Shown here piece by piece: positions 12,246 through 24,471 of a stretch of 41,747 nucleotides of DNA. How positions within the stretch are numbered: the first letter of the stretch is position 1; each line of letters opens with the position of its first letter. This DNA comes from Mesotaenium endlicherianum. Its lineage: Eukaryota. Below the pieces are notes generated by a model, which saw only the letters and a list, made by a program, of their open reading frames with translations, was not told the origin of the DNA and ran no database searches. The stretch covers positions 205,943 through 247,689 of the forward strand of contig WELA01002777.1 in the NCBI GenBank assembly GCA_009602735.1. Direction: 5' to 3'. The position numbers and the translations under genes were made by a program.

Positions 12246-12859
12246 CAATGGGGCCGTATAGGAAATCTGTTGCCCCTTCTTCCCCACCCCTCTTTCCTCC
12301 CCCCCNNNNNNNNNNNNNNNNNNNNNNNNNNNNNNNNNNNNNNNNNNNNNNNNNNNNNNCCCCCCCCTCCCCCTCCCCCTTCTGCCCCTTCTGGCCATTC
12401 AGGGGGGACTCCTACATGGAGCGTACATGGCGGTTCTTGCCCCTCGACAGAGTTATGTGCCAATTAGGGGGTCTTTGGGCTTTCTTTGTCTCCCCAAGCA
12501 GGCGTACTAGGGTGGAGGGGTGCTTCCATTGCAGGTGTCAGTTGGGACATAGGCGTGGGGGACCTGGTCGCTAGAAAGAAGAGGAGATGAGGAGCGTGCC
12601 GCGAACTTCAAGCTTGCTTGCCTGCGCGCGCTTCACAGATTCGTAGCAGTTGCAACTTCCGAGGTTCAGATTTGTAGCGGTTGCAAGAAGGGAACTTAAG
12701 CTCTCATACAAGTTCTAAAGTTCCAAAGGAAGGAGACTCCTAGTTTCAGTGGAGTGGCTGAGTGCTCAAGAGTGCATGGTGCTGTTAGCTGGCGCTGTTT
12801 TAACCCCCCCCATCCTGGGGGGGGGGTTGGGGTGGGGGGGGGGAGATCCTCCTCCTCCC

Positions 12860-14110
12860 TCAGACTACCTGAGTGAAGGCAGTGCTATGTAAGCGGAAGA
12901 CTGCTGCCACTGATAGGGAAATACGGCAATGTACACTAGCCGGATGCAATGTCATGCCAGACCCAAAGTGATCCATATGAGGAAAAACTAGGTGCTGACT
13001 CAGTATTGGGGAGCATATGGACTGCGTGCTCGTGCGTAATGTGCTATGGCTTGATTTGGCCACCAATGGACTGAACTCTGTGTGCAACATTGAACGATTG
13101 GATTGAAAGGGCTTTGGGGGGCTTGCAACACTCTATGCACAAGGTCCTCTATTGTTAACCTCTTGGACATCAGGTCCAGCTGGCGTACTATTTGAAGAAC
13201 AGCGCCAGAGCTGTTAAGAACTAAGTCACTCTTCAGGCTGGGAGGACTCTTGAGCCTCCAAGCGAGTAACACAAGACGAGCTGCCCCATAATAGAACTTC
13301 AAGGAAGTGAATGCATAGGCTGCAATGTCAGGACAGGCCAGCCAAAATTTTGCGGCTATATCCTCAACCTCATCTTAAGTGCAGTATCCTTTCTTATGCT
13401 ATATGTCACGTTTGAGTGTCGTGCCAAAAACATGTCGTTGATGTTGTTGCAACTGAAATGCAAGTATAAGAAATCTTAAGAACTAAAGATGTGTGTGCAT
13501 CCAACCTATGTGTAGCGTCAAGCACATAGGAGGTTTCAATTGAAACAAGCATCTTATATCTCCCGCAACAAATATGCATGAGCAGGCTTCGGCCCAATTT
13601 ACTGACTCACATTAACCTCCTTGGCGAATGCTTTCGCAAAAGTTGGTGTTTGACTAACTCGAAGGAGTTACATTAGCAATGATATGCGAACGCCCCAGAT
13701 GTCCATATTAATCATTACCTCACAGACTAAGACCAACAACAGATAAATCCTCTCGTGTTACTAAATGCTAACGTACTCAGAGTGAGCCACCAAATAACAC
13801 TCTTAATATGTTCGAAGTAACATCGCCGACCCCCCCAGCCAATTTAGGCCAGAGCACATCATGTCCCCGACAAGAAAGGTTGGAGCAGCCAGTACTCACT
13901 GAAGGGGCCGACTGACCGCTCCAACCCAAAGTCCAACTACAAGCTTTTGGATTGCAACAACTTGAACATACGCTACTGAAACAAAAATCAATACGGCTGC
14001 TGGCACCAAACTCGACCTTCAATGGATCCTTGTGAAGGCATGTAGATTGTACTTCTTCTACTTATCCGGGCCCGGTGATATTATTTATCGTCAACACGTC
14101 CCTCAATCAA
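12860..14110 (-). mobile_element. Highly degenerate L1/Tx1-type LINE ORF2 remnant (endonuclease to start of RT)
   Basis: Minus-strand motifs appear in the correct order: LRDV, ASSRIDFCFSS (EN sRIDxxxxs), PFSEY (like SDH), then TPAGPD..LTIE (like kapGPDGltxEf) and FRLHS (like la.RL). Many stops and frameshifts. Confidence 0.45.
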
Positions 14111-14389
14111 TGTTGGGTACTTTGCGTACTTTGCGTACTTTGCACGCCTGCTGCCTTCTTTCCTTGGATGGGGTAGCTGTTTCTCAGGCTCCCTTTGAAA
14201 TTAAAACCCTAGTTCAGGGGGTAGGGGATGGGGAAGCCCAAAGAACCCTCATACGCAAACTGCTCTGTTGAGGGGGCCAGAACCCCCATGTATGCTCCCC
14301 TTTGGTAATGAGGGGATGGGCATGGGGGCGGGGGCGGGGGTGGGGGCAGAGGGGTGGAGAAGGGTGGAGCAAGAACCCCCACGCGACCT

Positions 14390-17300
14390 CACTCATGAGA
14401 GCATAGGGCAAACTAGGTCCACATCATCCGGCAAACTCGTCGGCGAAGGAGGCTCCCTTGGCGCCGGGTATATGGCAGCGCAGCAGAGCGCCCGCGTGAG
14501 GAGACGGGTTGTCTGCACCGCCGCCACGTGCCACAGCCACAAAACAGGGCAAGGGATACCAGTCAAAACGTCGCACTTTTTTTTGTTGACAACAAGTCGA
14601 CGTTCTCTAGATGGCGCAGAAGCAGCCACAAGATGACAGATACCAGCAGACAGGAGATTCTCCAGAGGCCCGATTCTATGATAATCAATCTAAGCGTACC
14701 CTTTTCACTACAACAGATTGAGAAGCACCAATACCCTCCATTCTTCTTCCCGGGCACAATTTACAGCATGGCGTGTGCAGTGGAGCACGCAGAAAAAAGA
14801 CACACACAACGCACGACAGCAAATGACTGGCACCGATTTCAGCCACAAGCCAAATTTCGGACCCAAGCCTCCAGGCCTTCATAGGGGCTGACGCGATACT
14901 CTCTTTCTTCCCGACACTTCATCAACGTCAATGCCATCTGGCAGCCACCGCGCCAGCTGGCGCAGACAGAAAGACCCACCAGGAGCTGGGAGGCATGCAT
15001 GAGCCAGCCCGTGGCAAGGTCTGCAGCCGCTGACGTGGCCTGCCTACAGGGATTGCAACCCAGCATGCATAGACATACGAGCAGGCAGCAGAGGGCAGCA
15101 GCAGCAGCAGCAGCCTAGCGCAGCAGCAGCAACAGTGAGTGAGGCAGAAAATAACAGGGGAAAGGTGAGGAGGTGGTGGAGGGAATGCGGGGGATCTGTA
15201 CTCTAATTTAGGGGGGGGCTTTTATTTGAGGGGGTAGTGGGGCAGGAAAGGAGGGGGGGAGAGAGGGGGAAGGGGGAGCAGGGACGTACTCTTCTCCTCG
15301 CGCGTTGTCACGTACAGCTCGCTGAGGTCCTTCCCTGCAAGCGGGAGTGACAGACACACACAGAAGCACGATCTGTTTATATATGCCGATGCACACCCAG
15401 ACGACGTAAATATGCGCTACTTGAACTCCGTCCAAAGAGATTGATCAATTTACAAGCATGCATCCAGATGCCGCTTGAAAAGACGCGAGTTGCAATCAGG
15501 CCAATGCAGCTTCTTGCGCTTGTCTGCCCGCCCATCTGTTTGGCAGTCTGTCAGCCCATCGGTCAGCCAGTCAGGTCGCTCCGGCGGGCAGGCTGAGTGG
15601 TAGCGATCCTGCGGTCAAGCTTCAAGCTTTGACTGAAACTTAAAAGCAGACGCATCCTGACGCTCTTGCGGAGCTTGTCGGCACTTTCCGACGCTTCACA
15701 AAAGTGCACGAGCATGCGTCACCAAGTAGCGCTGTATACAGTAGGAGTAGCAGGAGCTGCAAAGCAGGCGTACTGACTGAGTATTAATCAAGACACTGCC
15801 TTTCCCTACCGGCCCTCCAGAGCCCATACCTCCGAAGGCGCACGAAGTGGGCCGCTGCACGGGCAGCTGGAAGCGAAAAATCTCCTTGCCCGTCTCGGGG
15901 TCGTACTGGCGCACCGTGCCCGTCTCTGCAACGACGACCCACAGCTTGTCCGCAGCGTCGATGGCCATGCCATCTGGCGGGCCTGCGGGGAAAGAGATGG
16001 TGATGGTTGAAGGGGACGGGGAAAGCGCCAAGAGGAGGAGGGGGGGGGTGGGGGAGAGAGGGCCACAGAGCCAAACAAACAGAGCATGCAAAAGCGGGTC
16101 AGTTCTCTTTCCCTTTCCTAATTCCTAAACCTTCAATCCCCCCCCCCCCCCTCCCTCCCCAAAAATTCAATTCTAAAAGAGTGGAGGGGGAAGGGGGAGA
16201 AGGCACAGGTCAACCCAGCATAAATGCAATAAGAAAGGCCCAATCGCACCTCCGAGACAAGAATGTGCGTGTTCGTGGGCGCATAAGTAGAGCAGGCACC
16301 CCCAACTTGTCAGAAGTTGGCAGCACGCCCGGATCACAGCAGGCATGCAGGCTGTCGTAGCGCAGACTGCAGAGTGGAACAAGAACCTGACTGGGGTGCC
16401 AAGAGTAGGGGTCGTAGAATGTGCTCATGTTGTAAACCTTGCTAAGGAGAGACACTGCACTGCAGTCAAACCGCACTGCCCTTCCCCACCCTCCCACGCC
16501 CCAGTCCCTGCTCCCCAGGAGCACGCGCGTGCGCTTGCACGTCCGCACACATGGGAGAGGAAGACACACAGGCACACAGTCAGCACACAACGACGCATAC
16601 GCACACACGCGTGCACGCATGCACACACACAGGGGCGCAGGCGTGAGCAGTACCTGGCTCAGTGTCGGAGACCTGGACAGCTGTGCGCCTGTTGGAGATC
16701 TCGCCCGTCTCCAGCGAGTAGTCGAAGCGGTCAACAGTCTGCCACAGCGTCATGCAGGCCACGTGGCTTGAGAAGCAGGCACAGAGCCCAAGAAAAGGGC
16801 CCGCAGGAGAATCAATCCTTTCCTTTCTGTTAAGTCGCATGCACTTATAAACCAGGAAGAATCTAGAGGGGGCCAAAAAGGGCCTGGGAAGAGGCCCCAT
16901 TGTTTGTGCTAAGCGAAGCAGGCAAAGGGAGAGGAGGCAAGAGAAAAGAGTCGGAAAACGGTCCAAAAAGAACTCAAGCGGTTTAAAATCCTCAGCGAAG
17001 AGCCGGGACCAGCTAGCACTTGTTGGTATGGGAGCCAGAAAAGAGCCAGACGGGGCCCACGTGGAGTGAGAGCCCAACAGAGGGCCAGGATGGGTCAGAA
17101 GGAGCCCACGTGGTTCAGGAACCAGACAAAGGGCCGGAAGGGTCAGGAAGAGCCCTTGTGGTATGGGGACCAGGCAAGAGTCAGAAAGGGCCAGAAAGGG
17201 CCCACGGGGTTTTTGGGGGAAACCAGGCAAAGAGGCGGTATGTGTATATATGTGTGTGTGTGTGCAAAGTACACATGCACGAACTTGAGCCTCTCCAAGG

Positions 17301-19490
17301 AGAGAGCCAGGAAGATTTACAAGAGGAGATGAGGGATTGAGATGAGGCTTGCGCAGAGGTCCTGTCTGCTCGTTGGAGGCTTCGGAAGAAATTATTGGGC
17401 GTAGTTTTATGTATGGACGTGTATATGCATGTGGTAGGCAACGACTTTCCACCTTCATACCTACTCGTGGAGGCTTACCGTTCAAACTCTTCATATCGCA
17501 ATACTCTGCAGCGGCACACAGACACGCAGAGAGAAAGAAGGGGGGGGTGGGGGGCGGGGCTGACTAGTACACACTCAAATTTTGCTCAAACAACAAGTAG
17601 GCAATAGTCTTCTTTCTTTGCTGCCACACATTAGGCTCCGCACATGCATGTTCACTTAGTCACATATACTTCACTCTAAACAGAACAGATGATGTAAACC
17701 AATGCTCATGGTAACAACAAGATGCGTCACTGGATCGAGAAGGTCGTCCTAGAGTCAACAAGTCCAGATACATGTACCCGGTAGAAAGAGTCGATGAAGT
17801 ACATGGAGGTCCTGTCGCTTGACCACGCCATCCCATTGGCCAGTCGGGTAGGAAAAACTTTTTCGGAAAGTTTTGGGGAGCTGCCCGGCTGGGCTTCGAG
17901 CACATAGAGCCTGCCAGGGGCAGCTGAAGGGTCCCTCCAATTTGTGTTCATGCTGCCCGCCCACAGCCGCCCTGCTGGATCGCACTTTGCATCGTTGAAC
18001 CTGGGTGCATCATGCAAACATGATTGAAAGCATTACGTGCGTGGCAGTAGAGAGAAGCAGAAGAATGCACCTAACAGCATCAGGCAAAATAATCAAGGGC
18101 ATCAAATGCATGGCAGTTCAACAAAAAATACAGAAAGTAAGTGGATAGATGCGCACATGGATAGCTGCAAAATAAAGACAGGAGAACTGCCCAGCAGATC
18201 CAAAATTTCAATCTTAAAAACCTTGTTGGGTCGGTCTCATCACAAATGCCTGCTTCTCGGGATCAGTGGATGCTCTAAGCAACGACGAATAATGCCACAC
18301 ACGTCATTAGACTAGCCAGGAAAAAATTTGAAACCTTGACAAATCCTCAAACTTCTAATTTCCATCGAGCTAGAACTAATCTGAAGTTTGAGTATCACAC
18401 AGAGAGGATAGGCAACAGAAGGTAATGCATTTTCAGTGGTGTATATTGGTGTATGTACATCATAAAAGTAACAATCCATATGCACGCATATGCTTATGCA
18501 TGAAAATATGCCAGCTCAAGAGTGCTCATCTACACGATACACAAACACCTTAAGTCTGCAACTCCAACGTGCCTGCACTTAATATGATTCCAGCTCACCT
18601 GAATGATGGCCCAGCATGTTCATCCGACATGGCACTCAGCTGCTCGCCAACAGCGTTGGATTCAAGATCAACGGCCACGATAGGGGCCTGCACAAAGTTG
18701 AACTTTGCTTTCAACGTTAGTACAAGAAAACACAAGCAGCAAATGGCAAATGGAGACAGACATGACAAATGAAGGCACACAGGACTGCCAAAAAGTTCGA
18801 TTGTATAACCTAATTTGTCTTTCCTGAAGCATAATGCCCTCACTATGATCCTCACTGCAAGTTACTTGCTTCATCTTCAGATACAATAAAATCTCAGAGA
18901 ACTTGCGTTTCAATAAAAGCCCACATGCAACATTGGCTCCATTACAGAATTCAGGAGAGGAGAAGCCGCATGCTCATTCGATCCAATAAGGAGTTGCTTT
19001 TGCAACGGATATTTTTCTTGCAATGGACATTAGTACTCCCGTGAAAGTTGATCGATAGGCGGCTATATGTGAGGTGCTCGTGAACACGGAGCAGGGCTCG
19101 CATATATAAGCCAGCGACTAAGAAGCCAGAGACGAGAAAAGTTCATTTTTGTGTACTGACCTCCAGACAAGCAACTAGTCCTCCTTTGGCACGTGGTACA
19201 ACCGCTCCTACCATCTGCGGAGTAGAAATGAAGGAAGTGGTCCCATTGACTGAGTCGAGATAGTGGATCTTCTTGCCATTGATGTCTGTACAGTAAATTT
19301 TCCCGCTAGAAACGCAGACAGGTGACTCTCCCAGTATGGCCTTACAGTCTATAGCTACTGTTACTGAAGCCATGCTATGCACTCGATAAGATTGCAAGAT
19401 ATTGGTCCGTCTTGGAAGGAGCTCGCGGAGCCTTGCACTTCACTTCTCAGGTCTCAATCCCAAAAGAATGCTCATACAGGTGTGCCTCAG
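14390..19490 (-). repeat. Right arm of the inverted segmental duplication
   Basis: Reverse-complement match to 8600-12245. Extra sequence in this arm lies at about 15445-15650, 16850-17650 and 18340-19055. Confidence 0.92.
14424..19373 (-). CDS. SMP-30/gluconolactonase/LRE family (regucalcin-like) beta-propeller lactonase, 298 aa, 7 exons
   Basis: Exons 19373-19161, 18687-18599, 18000-17778, 16738-16654, 15982-15830, 15334-15290 and 14512-14424 sum to 897 nt with GT-AG introns and consistent phases. Family motifs are all present: LGESP, RFNDAKCDPAGRLWAGSM, ANGMAWS, PDGMAID...LWV, PTSCAFGG..L.ELYVTT and PHAGALL, including the E/N/N/D active-site and metal-ligand positions. Confidence 0.93.
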
Positions 19491-20281
19491 TGATACTTGC
19501 GGTCAGTCTAAGCTCAGGTTCTCTGCATTGTCCAAGGATTTTCAAGAAGCCCGAGGGAAGATTGTGCAGAATGTCTTCTTTCTTTGACGGATCATGCATG
19601 CAGGAGCTGCCAACGACACTAAAGCTACCGGGCATCATATTCGTACCTGTGCACATGCAAACGCGAACTAACAGTGAGTGGGCATCTTCACTGTCGACAA
19701 TGTCGAAATCGCGTGACGCTCAAAGTCGGACTTTGAGTAGGCGTTGATTTCTGTTATTGTCGATCATATGCCAAACTGTACTACACGTAGAATTCGTGTT
19801 TGTGACGTCTTCACATGCGGGCCAGGGAATTGGCCAAAGGTGTCGAGGACAAAAAGGGAGGGACGATCAACGACCGAGTCACTTCGTAGGCAGCAGTAAG
19901 GGCTCTCGAATGCTCCTGAGCTTCCAAGGGGGTCGTTAACACAAGGCAAGCTGCTTGCTAGTCCTGTCTCCAACAATTAATAGCTCTTAGAAATGACAGC
20001 TCTGGTTGCAATGTAAGGCCGGCTAGCAGAATTTTCGGGAAGTACATGATCTCGTATCTGGTGCACATATCGTCTCTTCTTTAGGCTCTGTCGTAGTAAT
20101 CTATTGACCTCTTGTAAATAGTTAGAAAACACGTTTGGAGTGTTGAACCAAATATGTCGTTAATGTTGTTGCAGTTAATATGCGAGTGGGAGAAGTGTGA
20201 GAGCTAAAATGTCTTCGATTTCTCTACTGTGTACTGATTATAGGAGGTTTGAATAGGTGCAAGAGCCTTATACCTCCTGTA
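19374..20281. promoter_or_regulatory. Shared divergent upstream region (908 bp) between the SMP-30 gene and the LRR-kinase gene
   Basis: Positional only: head-to-head start codons at 19373 (-) and 20282 (+). No specific element is identified. Confidence 0.4.
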
Positions 20282-23200
20282 ATGGACATGTATAAGCAGG
20301 CTACGGCCTACTTTACTCGTCCATCGAACCCTAGAAGCAACATATCCCCAACGACAATCTCAACAATTACTGCTGTAGCACTGACTGCAGCATCTTTGGC
20401 GACTATTGCTGCAAGCTACTACATCTTTCTGTCACCTAGGCGTGTTAAGAAGAAGCAGCTGATTGTCGTCTCAAGCTCTGCCGAGCTAGAAAAACATGTT
20501 GGCAAAAAGCTGGACGCGCCAGGCCCCCATATAGATGTGGTAAGTACTTCTGCCGCCACTTTTGAGCAGTGCACTGGGCACTATCGGAAGTGATGAAGGG
20601 GAGACCAGAGTCCTTAGTGGGACCGGCCTTACTGGCATGTCTGTCAAATGCTTCTGTGGAGCTAGACTAAGCTAGACTGAGCTAGACCACCCTTGCTGGA
20701 TAGGGGTTGACCAGCAGCTATCTGACCCGGTTTCTTGGTATTGTTTCTGGATTTAGACTCCTGGGGTCACTTCTGCTTCACAGCATCTCCAGAGTAAATT
20801 TTAGCGTGATGTTCTGAGTAAGAACAGACTACAACAACACATCGCTTATGTGAAATCAACCGTAGCTACATCAATCTGGTTTCGCGAGTGGAAATGAGCT
20901 AATATATGTATATACTTTTAATATTTGTAAATAATATGTGTATATAAATTTTACATTACTTTCTTCTTTACGTCAAGCTCAAGTACTTCCATAGCTGCAG
21001 CTGATGCACCACCGTTTCAGTCGTTGTTCTGAGCACCTGGTCGTTGTTTCGAGGGGGAGCAGGTGAGGCTATGTAACGAGGTCAATTTCGCCCTACCCCC
21101 GGTCCTTGGGACGCTGACCACGATCACAGAGCTGGACCTGTCTGGCAACGGCTTGGATGACATCCCCCCCTTTTTCGGCGACTTTCAAAACCTCAAGAAG
21201 CTCAACCTCTCCCGAAACAAGCTCAAGAGGCAAGAAGCTTGCCCATCGTAGCACACATACTCCTCTCTCTCTCTCTCTTCTCTCTCTTCCTCTTTCTCTC
21301 TCTTTCTTTCTCTCCCTTCTTTATCTACGGTCAAGTTGGTCCTGCTGCTCTGCTGGTACTCCCGGTGCCTGTGCTGTAAGGTGCCTGTGCTTGCACTTGA
21401 ATGGCCAACCCCTGTTTCCATTCTAGTAGCTCTAAGCCTCACCCTGAGCACGCAAAAGGTTATCTCCGTCTCCGCTACTTCAGCCCAGCCCAAACCTGAA
21501 TACAACTTTTCTTCTTTCCTTTATATATGAATATTACTACTACGCCTAGTCCTACCTAAAGGAAGCAGACACTCCTTCTCTATCTCTGGTGATGCGTTCT
21601 AGCCGCACTTGCCTCACCCAAGCGCGTCTCACTTACATCGGCAGAAGGGGGAAAGGTTCAGGCAAATAGGATGGTGGACGGGGGGGGCGGAACCTGAAAT
21701 ATTGGGAGGGAAAGGAATTGGGCGGGNNNNNNNNNNNNNNNNNNNNNNNNNNNNNNNNNNNNNNNNNNNNNNNNNNNNNNNNNNNNNNNNNNNNNNNNNN
21801 NNNNNNNNNNNNNNNNNNNNNNNNNNNNNNNNNNNNNNNNNNNNNNNNNNNNNNNNNNNNNNNNNNNNNNNNNNNNNNNNNNNNNNNNNNNNNNNNNNNN
21901 NNNNNNNNNNNNNNNNNNNNNNNNNNNNNNNNNNNNNNNNNNNNNNNNNNNNNNNNNNNNGACAAAATGCAAAGGGGGGGGGGACATGTGGGGCGGGGGT
22001 AAGAGGGAGAGGAAGGAGAGGGAGGATGTGTAAGCAGGTGCGAGCAAAGAAAGAGAGGGGGGATTGTTGCAGGTGGGGAGGGGGGTTTTGTTTGGGCCGA
22101 AGCATTTCATGGAGAAGCTCGGGGCCGGAGCTGCCGATGATTAACTGCTGTCAATTACGAATCAAAATCCAAATGGCAGGGCGCACATGCTTTCCGGATT
22201 TCCTGAAGCCCTGGGGGGGGTTTTAGGGGTTGGGGTCGGTCTCGAAAACTTCACAGAGCGAAGTGACGGAGAGAGCGCAGGGCTTAGGCTGACCTGGGGT
22301 TCAAGTGGGGACTCAGGGTTGACGAATGCCATGCAATGCAATGCAATGCAGTGCGATGCAATGCATAGTACTCATGGAGGGGGGCATGGTCTGCTTTTGC
22401 ATCCTCAGCCTTGGAGTATCATGGCCGGGCTCTTTCTTGAGACGGGTGCTTGTGCAAGAGGAGAGATAGGCTTCTTCTTGAGGCGAGTGTCCCCTCGCAA
22501 TAGGGCTAGGCTCTTTCCTGCCACGAGCGTCCTTGTGACAAAGCTAGGCTCTTTCTTGGGACGAGCGTCCTCACGCAGAGCTACCATTAGAAAAAGGTAG
22601 CTCTCAAGGAGCATCGCCTCCAGCTGTCTGGTTCACGGGCTATCTCCCTTATCTGCTCTGCTCTTCCAGCCTGAGCCCCGTGGAACAAGCGCCATCGTAA
22701 AGAGGTAGCTGTCGGAAAGCATCATGGCTGGCTTCCTGGATCACAGGCTGTCTCTGCTCTGCACTTCTAGCCTGAGCCCTCTGGGCCAAGTGTCGTTATA
22801 AAGAGATAGCCCTTGGACAGTGTCACCGTCACTTTACAGGCTGTCTCTTTCCTTCGCTCTTCCAGCCTCAGCCCCCTGGGACAATCGTCATTATAAAAAG
22901 TAGCCGTCAAAGAGCATCACCTCCGGCTGTCTGGCTCACTGGCCCTCTCTCTGCTCTGCTCTGCTCTTCCCGCCTGAGCTCCGTGCTCAAACCCCGCGCT
23001 TCACCGCAGAAGCTGAAACGCCACCCACATATGCTGCCACACCCCACGCCCGCGTTCGCATGAACCCCATGAACCCTAAATAATGGCCCAGCAACGGCAC
23101 ACCTGTAAGCATCACACCTGCAAGCATCACACCTGCAAGCACCACACCTGCAAAAGTCTGAGCCGAGCTGTGATGCTGCGGAACATGCAGCGGGTTGAAT

Positions 23201-24421
23201 ATGTGAGCCCAAAAGCTTGAGCCTCCAGCTGCAGCTCCTGGGTATGCATCCACAGAATAATTCTGAATGAAAGGCGGAAGTTACAACATGCAGTAGAAAC
23301 ACAAGTCTGACAAAAAAGAAGAAGAAGAAGAAAAGAAAAAGAGCGGGTCTGGGCTGATGCTGGCACAGAGCGAGAGCCAGCACCAGGGAGTGCTCAGAGA
23401 GAGCACAGGGCACCTAGAGTAGCAGAGCCATGGTTGTGGCGCTGCCAGGACTACAACCTATAACATGTAGTCTCAGACACAGCCAGAGCTCGGCTGCAGC
23501 AGCCGGGTGCCCCTGCCCCTGCCCCTGCCCCTGCCCCTGCCCCTTCCCCTGCCAGCCAGAATGCAGCGTGTAGCTGGAGCCAGAGTATGTTGGCATAATA
23601 GTTGGAGTATTGCGCATAGCAATTGATCATACGATAGAGTGTAGCATAGATTCTTACGAGTCGGATTGCTACAGCCTGGTGCCCCTGCCAGCCAGAGTTC
23701 AGCGTGTGCCCGGCATCAGAGTGCATCGGCAGAGCACAATAGGATGAAACTGCATGTAGCATGGAACATCAGAGTTGGATTGCTATAGCCTGGTGCCCCC
23801 CTGCCAGCCAAAGCATATGTAGGTGGGTTCAGGTTAGTGCCGGGTCCAGAAGAGTGCCGGGGGAAAGAGCACAGGACGAGCACACGAGAAGCCTCGGGGC
23901 GCGCACTTAGCCATTTGCGGCACTTCTAGCATCGCACTCGCATTTTGTGCAGCTGGAGACTTGCTAGTCGTTGTAAACAAAGTGGTTCAAAAGCGCAGTA
24001 GTGCACGTGTGTGGCACACACGCGCACAGACATACACACACACACACACACACATACACACACAGACACACGCATTCTTTTTTTTTGGCGTTTGTGTATC
24101 CATGCTGTGCTTCTGGTGGGGGGAGTCTCCAACTAGGTTAGTATTTGGATCTACTGCAGATGGTTGCTAGAGCATTTTGGATTAGCTGGAGGATCAAGAC
24201 TGTGGCCCCAGATAAAAACCTTATTTCTCTCTGTGTGGGTCCTTATTTCTCTCTGTGTGGGTGTTGGAGCCGGGTGTGGGGGGGAGGAGGGGAGGTGACA
24301 TGTGCGCCTCTTCTCAGTAGGATGGTCAAACTGTGTAAGTCAATGTATTATTATCTGGTTATACGAGTATCACATTCCATATATAGATAAACATGTTCAT
24401 AGTTCCATTTGTACTTATTCG

Positions 24422-24471
<50 letters not shown>

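Noticed and set aside
12802..12828. aacccccccc-atcct-ggggggggggtt hairpin resembling a terminator
   Set aside because: Eukaryotic context, and C/G homopolymers are everywhere in this window, so chance pairing is likely.
13345..13385. FCGYILNLILSA resembling the hAT CxxHxLNL motif
   Set aside because: The His is missing, no other hAT motifs are nearby, and the opposite strand is better explained as a LINE remnant.
14900..15066. Conserved block in both SMP-30 copies (also 11490-11630) considered as a terminal exon
   Set aside because: The exon at 14512-14424 supplies the proper family C-terminus and length, so this block is duplicated intron sequence.
21609..22226. ORFs spanning N runs (also 36570-36984 and 38535-40313)
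   Set aside because: Artefacts of assembly gaps.
22575..22990. Repeat array considered as CRISPR or an ankyrin-coding repeat
   Set aside because: Units vary in length, have no unique spacers, no open frame spans the array, and no cas genes are present.
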